DNA from: Akkermansia muciniphila | GTDB lineage: Bacteria > Verrucomicrobiota > Verrucomicrobiia > Verrucomicrobiales > V1-33 | Length of the DNA stretch: 64,000 bases | Direction of reading: 5' to 3' | NCBI GenBank assembly: GCA_945861415.1 | Contig: CAMAUV010000003.1 | Location: 64,781-128,780 of the forward strand | Part shown: positions 8,829 through 15,950 of the stretch, piece after piece | How positions within the stretch are numbered: position 1 is the first letter of the stretch | How the letters are laid out: every line of letters starts with the position of its first letter | Made by a program: the position numbers and the translations under genes | The notes under the pieces: model-generated | Seen by the model: the letters and a program-made list of their open reading frames with translations, nothing else | Told to the model about the DNA's origin: nothing | Database searches by the model: none

Positions 8829-9995
8829 TCAGGCTCTGTCCCGCAGATGCTGAATAGCGCGCTCGACCGCAGCCCCGTCCATCTCATGAACCTCAAGGGC
8901 ACGGCCGGGCTCCGTGACGAGGGTGATGGTTAGCTCGCCGCCGAGGTGCTCGCGGAAGTCCTCCAGACCGCGTAAGACGCTGAGCTCGCCATCCGGTTCA
9001 CGGGCGGCCAGTGCTTCGTGCCACAGGCAAAATCCGGCAGCTTCAATCAATTTCAGGATTCGCGAGCAATTCTCCTCGCTTAGCCGGCCGGTGTGTTGTG
9101 CATATAAGAGATCAACAGCCATGCCAATGGCCACCGCTTTGCCGTGGCTGAGTGCAAAGGCGGTCATCGGCTCAAGCTTGTGGGCGATCCAGTGGCCGAA
9201 GTCGAGTGGCCGGGCGGACCCGAGCTCAAACGGATCGCCGCCAGTGCAAATGTGGCGCACGTGCAATTCCGCACTGCGGCGAATGAGCCGACGCAGCAGC
9301 GCATCGTCCAAGGCGCCGAGGGCCGCAGCGTTTTGCTCGAGCTCTCCGTAAAACTCAGCGTCCCGGATGAGGGCGACCTTGATGGCCTCAATGACGCCAT
9401 CCCGCTTGTCATCTGCGGGCAAAGTCTGGAGAAAGCGATGGTCGTTCACCACCGCCTGCGGAACGGCGAACGAGCCCACCCAGTTTTTCTTGGTAAAGAA
9501 ATTCACACCGTTCTTCACCCCCACTCCTCCATCGCCCTGGCTGAGTGTCGTCGTGGGCATTCGCACGTGCCGGATGCCCCGGTGGGCCGTGGCCGACGCA
9601 AATCCGGCGAGGTCGAGCAGGGCTCCCCCACCGATGGCGATGAGCGTACTATGCCGGTCAATGCCCGCCGCGTTGATGGCCGCCCACAACCGCTCCACAA
9701 GCGGCCAGTGGTTTTTGCACGCCTCGCCACCTTCGACCACCAGCGGAGCCCCGGAAAGCCGGTGGCTCCCTCCATTCTGAGCAAACCATGCAGAGATACT
9801 CTCAGCGAGCCCGGCGTGCGCCAGAGCCACGGCAGCCTCCAGCACCACCAGCACTTTGCGGGACCGGGTGGGCGATCCGGCACCCTCCAGCGCCCGGGTG
9901 ACTACGGAGTTTCCGGAGTCAAACGCCCCCTCAGTGAAGAACACACGGTGCGGGTATTGTAGCTGGACGGTCTCTTGGATGACGAATTCTGACAT
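8829..9995 (-). CDS. 3-dehydroquinate synthase family protein (sugar-phosphate cyclase superfamily; subtype unresolved)
   Basis: IAIGGGALLDLAGFASATAHRGIRHVRMPTTTLSQGDGGVGVKNGVNFFTKKNWVGSF and LDFGHWIAHKLE...SHGKAVAIGM align to the nucleotide- and metal-binding blocks of DHQS-type enzymes. Confidence 0.65.
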   Translation of the reverse strand: MSEFVIQETVQLQYPHRVFFTEGAFDSGNSVVTRALEGAGSPTRSRKVLVVLEAAVALAHAGLAESISAWFAQNGGSHRLSGAPLVVEGGEACKNHWPLVERLWAAINAAGIDRHSTLIAIGGGALLDLAGFASATAHRGIRHVRMPTTTLSQGDGGVGVKNGVNFFTKKNWVGSFAVPQAVVNDHRFLQTLPADDKRDGVIEAIKVALIRDAEFYGELEQNAAALGALDDALLRRLIRRSAELHVRHICTGGDPFELGSARPLDFGHWIAHKLEPMTAFALSHGKAVAIGMAVDLLYAQHTGRLSEENCSRILKLIEAAGFCLWHEALAAREPDGELSVLRGLEDFREHLGGELTITLVTEPGRALEVHEMDGAAVERAIQHLRDRA

Positions 9996-10058
9996 GAGCG
10001 GGCCGGAGGAAACGCAGCTGTGGCCCGGTTGCTTACGGGAAATGGAATTTTTCCCTCG

Positions 10059-11105
10059 TCAAGGCGACGGCTGACCGCACCTCATCTTCCCCCACTCCTG
10101 ACAATACGGAAATACTCCTCCATATCCCCGAAGTTGTTCTCCCATGTCGTATACATGGCGCCCTCCATCCCCCGGAAGACCTTCCCATGACCCGGCAAAA
10201 TCCCCGCAGGCGAGGCAGTAATGGTCGCGGGCATTGTGGTGAGGGGTGAACATATCACTCCAGACGTAAATTCTCGCCGCCGGATCGATCTCCCGCAGGA
10301 TGTTCACACACGTGCGGGCATTTTCGGCGAGCGGTTCCCCTGCGCTAAGGCCCCAAGCGCGACAGGAAGCACAGTGATTCCAGACACGCACCTCGTCATG
10401 GCTCATCATGGAGCCGGAAGGTTCCCCCAATGCGTTCACGCGTTTCGCCTGATCCCGCAACTGTAACACGGCACGAGGTTCGGAAGGGCAGATCACCGCC
10501 TGATCGTCGTGGACAGTCGCCGCACGGTAGTAGCTGGCGAGCAGCCGCGTGTCGTCCGGAAGCTTTTTCTCCAAAAGGGGCGGTTCATGCCAAACGATGA
10601 GCACACCGTTGTAGGGTTTTATGCCCATGAGAGGGTCGCTGAGCTTTGCAAAACCCCTCCCTTCTACCAGCGAATTGCCGGCCGCAGTCACAAGCAATGG
10701 TGCACCCTCCCGGCGGACCAGATTCAGAAACGCCACCTCTCCGAGCTTAGCGTCATCCCACCAGAGTTCGCCTGTCTTTCCGTCCCAGCATTCCAGATAA
10801 AGCGTCGCCTCTGCGCAGCCCTGACTGTTGAAGACCACGTGATAATCCGTCCAGCCCTGAGTCTTCGCCACTTTGAGGTAATCTGAGCAAAGCCAGCGCC
10901 CGTTGCCATCCATGAACTTCGGGTCGGGCGTTCCGGAAAACTCTTTCGTCTTCACGCGAATTGAAAGGTGATACTGCCGCCATGGCTGGGCCTTCACTCT
11001 CTGAGTGATGCGGGCGTTTTGACCGCTGGGGTCTTTGACATACGCGACACCATCTTTGGAAATCACGTTGTCGTCCTTCCAGCCCCACAGGGCCAGATCG
11101 CTCAT
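10059..11105 (-). CDS. CBM-like plus TIM-barrel glycosidase-like protein; both termini doubtful
   Basis: The N-terminal part has a CBM4/9-like pattern (RITQRVKAQPWRQYHLSIRVK...GWTDYHVVF...LYLECWDGKTGELWWDDAKLGE). Later MMSHDEVRVWNHCASC and YVWSDMFTPHHNA resemble hexosaminidase-like TIM barrels. There is no signal peptide. The C-terminal 30 codons look out of frame (see finding). Confidence 0.45.
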   Translation of the reverse strand: MSDLALWGWKDDNVISKDGVAYVKDPSGQNARITQRVKAQPWRQYHLSIRVKTKEFSGTPDPKFMDGNGRWLCSDYLKVAKTQGWTDYHVVFNSQGCAEATLYLECWDGKTGELWWDDAKLGEVAFLNLVRREGAPLLVTAAGNSLVEGRGFAKLSDPLMGIKPYNGVLIVWHEPPLLEKKLPDDTRLLASYYRAATVHDDQAVICPSEPRAVLQLRDQAKRVNALGEPSGSMMSHDEVRVWNHCASCRAWGLSAGEPLAENARTCVNILREIDPAARIYVWSDMFTPHHNARDHYCLACGDFAGSWEGLPGDGGRHVYDMGEQLRGYGGVFPYCQEWGKMRCGQPSP

Positions 11106-11252
11106 GTCGCCGCCTTCCAACGCAGGCTCAACGGCGGTGTTCGCGCGAGCAATGAGCGCCCGGAGTGTTCCTCTGTCGACCGCGATACTAAGGCGCGGTC
11201 CACCAACTTACTGCTTCCCTCGCATCTGAGACTGCCTTAAGGTGATACTAAC

Positions 11253-12191
11253 ATGAACCGCCGAAAACTTCTTGCCGCCGCCCCTCTCGCTCTCGCCGCC
11301 AGCCGCCTCACCGCTACCGATGCCCCGTCGGCAGCCGGGGTTGCCAAACCCAGTCACAAATACCGAATCGGTGTCAGCACTTACTCCTTCTGGCACTTTG
11401 ACCAAACCACCGACATATGGCGGGACATCAACAAGTGCCTTGAGGCCGCCTGCGAGATGGGCTTTGACGGCCTTGAAGTGCTTCAGGTGCAAATGACCAA
11501 CAGCAGCCCGGCCGCGCTGCGCAAAATCAAGAGCCGCGCCTTCACCCTCGGACTCGACCTCATGGGATTTTCGACCCACCAGTCATTTGTTTTTCCCGAG
11601 GAGCAGAAACGCACGGACAACATTCTCAAAACCACCCAATTTCTTGAACAGGCCTACGAACTCGGCATCCCGACCATCCGCGTGAACACCGGTCGATGGG
11701 GCACGAGTAAGAATTTCGACGCACTCATGGCAAACCGCGGCATCGAGCCCCGCCTCGAAGGTTTCACGGACAATGACGGCTTTAAGTGGGTTATCGACAG
11801 CTTCGAAAAACTCATCCCTGAAGCGGAAAAGCGCGGCGTGATCATGGGCCTCGAAAACCACTGGGGTCTCGGCATTGATGTGGCCGGCGTTAAGCGTGTG
11901 GTCGACGCGATCAAGAGCCCATGGCTGCAGGTCACCCTAGATACCGGCAATTTTCTCGAAGATCCCTATGACCGCCTAGCTCAGCTCGCGCCGCAAACCG
12001 TGCTCATGCAGGCCAAAACCTACTACGGCGGCGGACTTTGGTATTCGCTGGATCTGGACTACGACCGGATCGCCAAAATCATGCGCGACGCTGGCTACCG
12101 CGGCTACATTTCACTCGAAATGGAAGGCAAGGAAGACCCGCTCAAAGCAGTGCCAAGGAGCCTAGAGCTGCTGCGCAAGCATTTCTCCTGA
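11253..12191 (+). CDS. Tat-signal sugar phosphate isomerase/epimerase (xylose isomerase-like TIM barrel)
   Basis: MNRRKLLAAAPLALAASRL twin-arginine signal. TIM-barrel blocks FDGLEVL, GVIMGLENHWG and TLDTGNF. Confidence 0.75.
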   Translation: MNRRKLLAAAPLALAASRLTATDAPSAAGVAKPSHKYRIGVSTYSFWHFDQTTDIWRDINKCLEAACEMGFDGLEVLQVQMTNSSPAALRKIKSRAFTLGLDLMGFSTHQSFVFPEEQKRTDNILKTTQFLEQAYELGIPTIRVNTGRWGTSKNFDALMANRGIEPRLEGFTDNDGFKWVIDSFEKLIPEAEKRGVIMGLENHWGLGIDVAGVKRVVDAIKSPWLQVTLDTGNFLEDPYDRLAQLAPQTVLMQAKTYYGGGLWYSLDLDYDRIAKIMRDAGYRGYISLEMEGKEDPLKAVPRSLELLRKHFS

Positions 12192-12252
12192 ACCCGGGAA
12201 TACACCATGCCGCAGCCGGTCTGCCGAGCCGCGTTCCGGTTCAAATTGAGCC

Positions 12253-13845
12253 TCAAATTCTCAACTCGCGGGCGCTGAGGATTGCAGGGTGCCGTGTGAG
12301 ATCCGCAAGTACTGCATCGCCCACAGTTCCATCGACGTTGAGCACCGTCAGGGCTACGCCACCCGAACTGTCACGGCTGAGTGACATGTTGGCGATGTTC
12401 ACCTTATGCTGTCCCAGAAGCGTGCCTACGGCCCCGACGATGCCGGGCTGGTCACGATTCTCGTAGATGAGGAGTGTTCCTTCCGGATAGGCTTCAATGC
12501 GTCGGCCGTTGATGCCAACGATGCGCGGGCTCTTGCCGAAGAAGGTGCCGGCCACAGTGGCGCGCTGTTCGCCGCTACCGGCAGTGACTTCCACCAGTTC
12601 CGTAAATTCCGCTGGGGTGGCTAAGCGGCTTTCTGTAAGTCGCAGGCCCATGTTTTCGGCCACTGACGGAGCGTTCACCCAATTCACGCCCTCGCTGTAG
12701 GCGACTTCGAGGTAACCCTTGAGCACCGCGCGGGAAATTAGCGTGGTATCCATTTCGCTAACTTTGCCACTATAGTTTACGCGAAGTACTTCCGACTGCT
12801 TGGGCGCGAGTTGTGCGGCTAGGCGGCCGAGGGTTTCGGCGAAGGTGAGATAGGGCCCGATGGCGTCGAGCGTCTGGCGGTCGACACTTGGCATGTTCAC
12901 GGCATTTGCCACGATGCCGTCCACTAGCGCATCCTTCAGGAGTTGGGCGACTTCAATGCCCACATTTTCCTGCGCTTCTGCGGTGCTGGCACCAAGGTGA
13001 GGGGTGAGCACTACGTTCGGCAGCGCCAAAAGGGGATCGTCCTTGGCGGGCGGCTCGTTTTCAAACACGTCGAGCGCAGCACCGGCCACGTGACCACTTT
13101 GCAGTGCCTCCACCAGCGCGGCTTCCTCAACAAGGCCGCCCCGGGCGCAATTGATGATGCGCACGCCCTTCTTGCACTTCGCGATGCGCTCTCTGTTCAG
13201 GAGATACTTCGTCTCTTTAGTGAGCGGCATGTGCATGGTGATGAAGTCCGCATCTGCGATGGCCTCCTCTACCGTCTGCATGAGTTCGATGCGCAGGATC
13301 TGGGCTCGGCTCGGGCTGAGATAGGGGTCGTAGGCCACAACCTTCATTCCGAAGGCCATCGCGCGGCGGGCGAATTCGGTGCCGATGCGGCCCATGCCGA
13401 GAATGGCGAGCGTCTTACCGTTTAATTCTACTCCTTCAAAGCTCTTCCGTTCCCACTTTCCGATCACCATGCTGGCGTGTGCCTGCGGAATGTGCCGCGC
13501 AAGGCTCATCATCAAACTGAACGCATGCTCCGCAGTGCTCACGGTATTCCCGCCGGGCGTGTTCATAACAATGACGCCGTGTTTGGTAGCGGCCGCGAGA
13601 TCGATGTTGTCTACCCCCACACCGGCGCGGCCCACGGCTTTCAACTTCGTGGCCTTCTCAAGTACGGCGGCGTTGATTTTGGTCTGGCTGCGCACCGCGA
13701 TCCCGTCGTACTCGTGCGCTGTGGCCAGCAATTCATCCGGTTTGATGCCAATTTTCACCACCACCTCAAGTGACGGGCAGGCCTGAAGATCTGCGATACC
13801 TTTTTCTGAAATTGGGTCAGCGACGAGTACTTTCTTTTTATCCAT
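12253..13845 (-). CDS. serA: D-3-phosphoglycerate dehydrogenase (long form with ASB and ACT domains)
   Basis: NAD-binding GKTLAILGMGRIGTEFARRA, catalytic-region RIINCARGGLVEE and TPHLGAST, and a C-terminal ACT-like end. 530 aa. Confidence 0.9.
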   Translation of the reverse strand: MDKKKVLVADPISEKGIADLQACPSLEVVVKIGIKPDELLATAHEYDGIAVRSQTKINAAVLEKATKLKAVGRAGVGVDNIDLAAATKHGVIVMNTPGGNTVSTAEHAFSLMMSLARHIPQAHASMVIGKWERKSFEGVELNGKTLAILGMGRIGTEFARRAMAFGMKVVAYDPYLSPSRAQILRIELMQTVEEAIADADFITMHMPLTKETKYLLNRERIAKCKKGVRIINCARGGLVEEAALVEALQSGHVAGAALDVFENEPPAKDDPLLALPNVVLTPHLGASTAEAQENVGIEVAQLLKDALVDGIVANAVNMPSVDRQTLDAIGPYLTFAETLGRLAAQLAPKQSEVLRVNYSGKVSEMDTTLISRAVLKGYLEVAYSEGVNWVNAPSVAENMGLRLTESRLATPAEFTELVEVTAGSGEQRATVAGTFFGKSPRIVGINGRRIEAYPEGTLLIYENRDQPGIVGAVGTLLGQHKVNIANMSLSRDSSGGVALTVLNVDGTVGDAVLADLTRHPAILSARELRI

Positions 13846-13934
13846 GTAAAGTTGTTAGTAATGCACTATGGGCGTATGCTCGGTTACATTATGCAACCAA
13901 GCAGTTCTAATATACGCTAATTTATAAAAGTAAT

Positions 13935-13964
13935 GACCGCACTTGAGGCTACCCAAGTGCGGTC
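13935..13964 (-). terminator. Rho-independent terminator candidate after the PEP-CTERM gene
   Basis: Perfect 11-bp inverted repeat GACCGCACTTG-(8 nt)-CAAGTGCGGTC, 27 nt past the stop at 13992. On the minus strand it is followed by ATTACTTTTATAAA. Confidence 0.55.
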
Positions 13965-13991
13965 AAAAAGGTGTCAAAATTCGAGAACCGA

Positions 13992-14618
13992 CTAACGGCG
14001 GCGGCGCGCGAGACCAAGAACGCCCATCAATGCCAATACGGCACTTGTGGGTTCAGGAATTCCGTACAATTTAAGATAATCGTTTCCTGTCGCATTATCA
14101 ATTTCAGTGCCGACGATCGTATTGATTAATGCGGGGCTACCTGCAATAGCATTGACACTGCTTGCAGCAGTCACATCAGCAGGGAAGAGCCAGTTAGTTC
14201 CACTAGCGGTCGTGCCTGTGTAGAAAGCGTATTCTGTAGCATTATCAAGATTAGGAGTATTTCCGATGAGGACGTAAATCTGACGAGTATTGAAATCATC
14301 TACAGTTGTGCCCGCGGCTCCGGCGGTAGCAGTCATTGCTGTGCCGTTAGTAATCTTAGCTCCAGCGGCATCACCATTTGCGGTAGTTCTTGCAAACTCC
14401 TTGAAGCCAGACCTGATTTCTGCAAAAGTGGCAGTGCTAGAGGGCAGCTGGCCAGAGAATGAACCGACAGCATATTGAACAGTAGTTGTAATCAAACTTC
14501 CTGAAAGACTCTGGAGGCGAACCCCAGCAGCGAATCCAGTGCCAGTAACGATTGAAGCACCTTGTGCAGAGCAAAGCATCGCTGCAAAAGCAGCTGCGAT
14601 AGTTAGTTTTTTATGCAT
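13992..14618 (-). CDS. PEP-CTERM sorting-signal protein, Thr/Gly/Ala-rich
   Basis: Sec signal MHKKLTIAAAFAAMLCSAQG. The C-terminus is GIPEPTSAVLALMGVLGLARRRR (PEP motif, hydrophobic helix, Arg cluster). Confidence 0.8.
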   Translation of the reverse strand: MHKKLTIAAAFAAMLCSAQGASIVTGTGFAAGVRLQSLSGSLITTTVQYAVGSFSGQLPSSTATFAEIRSGFKEFARTTANGDAAGAKITNGTAMTATAGAAGTTVDDFNTRQIYVLIGNTPNLDNATEYAFYTGTTASGTNWLFPADVTAASSVNAIAGSPALINTIVGTEIDNATGNDYLKLYGIPEPTSAVLALMGVLGLARRRR

Positions 14619-14656
14619 AGTGTAGTAAATGATTGAATGTTGATTGAATAACGAAT

Positions 14657-15694
14657 TTATGGAGCAATTGTGACAGCCGGCACCGTAAGGATCGCTGCAG
14701 TTGGCGATTTACGGCTGAGGATCACGCCTTCATACTCAGGGACGTTTTTGTCGTCTTGCGAATTAGTTCCGGGGTCAAAAAAGCCCGAGGCGCCCGTAGC
14801 CGCAGCGTCGGCGGCAAAGAATGTGAGGAGAGCTTGGGAACCTCCGGAGGGAGCGAGGAGGAACTGAATTTCGTCAGCGTCAGCAGTGCTAGTCCCCTGC
14901 AATACTCCAGTTGTGGTGACTCCAGTGTTGAACCCGGAAGCCCCGAGAGTGACGCCAGTGGCGCGCATAGGGGCAATCCAGTTGGTTCCAGTGAAGACGT
15001 CAATTTGCGTCTTCGTAGTTTTGACGTGACCAACTGATATCATGGAGGCACCAGACGTCAACTTACGAACAACTTGCACTGCAGTGCCGGGGACGATAGC
15101 CACATTGTCGGCAGAGCCACCACCCGGATCAAACCAACCGTCAGTGGGAGCTCCATCGGCACCGGTTGCATAGAAATAGCTACGCACAGCCTGCGGGGTA
15201 GAGCCTGAATCAAGAATCTGAACTTCGTCCGCATTGTCGGTACCCGTACCCGTATCGAGGCCAGCGGCATTTGCCCCCATCAACCCGAGGATAGTCATGT
15301 GTTTGCGGACAATAAATGATGTGCCAGCACCGGCACTGGCAGGCAAAGCATCTTTCGTTGTGATAGTGCCAGCGGTTGAACTCTGAATAGTGCTCCACCA
15401 ACCTTCATTAGGTCCGGACTTAATTTCTAAATAACTTGATTCATCAAGTCCCGCAGTTGCGCCAGTGGCTTCTACGCTAGCGGTGCCGCCAGCATTGACA
15501 GTAACTGCAGCGAAGTCAGTTTTGTTGACCAAAGTCGCGGCGACAAGAGTAACCGAGGGAATGGTAGCAGAGACCGCAGCATTGATCGGATGAGTGATGT
15601 AGCCTACGGGATCAGTGACAGCGGTTTGGGCATAGGAACCCGAGACTGCCGCGAGCGTGGTCGCACTAATGATGAGGGAGAGTTTGGTTTTCAT
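14657..15694 (-). CDS. Secreted Thr/Gly/Ala-rich protein built from repeated modules
   Basis: Sec signal MKTKLSLIISATTLAAVSGSYA. It has internal repeats (ADEVQILDS..RSYFYATGADGAPTDGWFDPGG / ADEIQFLLA..LTFFAADAAATGASGFFDPGT). There is no PEP-CTERM and no prepilin signal. Confidence 0.7.
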   Translation of the reverse strand: MKTKLSLIISATTLAAVSGSYAQTAVTDPVGYITHPINAAVSATIPSVTLVAATLVNKTDFAAVTVNAGGTASVEATGATAGLDESSYLEIKSGPNEGWWSTIQSSTAGTITTKDALPASAGAGTSFIVRKHMTILGLMGANAAGLDTGTGTDNADEVQILDSGSTPQAVRSYFYATGADGAPTDGWFDPGGGSADNVAIVPGTAVQVVRKLTSGASMISVGHVKTTKTQIDVFTGTNWIAPMRATGVTLGASGFNTGVTTTGVLQGTSTADADEIQFLLAPSGGSQALLTFFAADAAATGASGFFDPGTNSQDDKNVPEYEGVILSRKSPTAAILTVPAVTIAP

Positions 15695-15950
15695 TGGTTT
15701 GGTGGGTGGAATTTGGCGGAATATAGTGCGATATTAGAAGAAAATTGGCGGATTGTAAAGGATTTCGTGCGGAATTCCCGCATTTTTTTGCGAAGGGTTC
15801 AATCCTTGCCGTGATTTACATCGCAGTAAACTTACCGTGAGCAAGTTACACGAACCGTTTCGGGGAAAGGAAAGGGTAAATCCTGTAAAAGTTTAGTTCA
15901 AATTCGCAATTCTGAATGATGGAGGGGTAGGCCCTCATTAGCTTTCGAGG

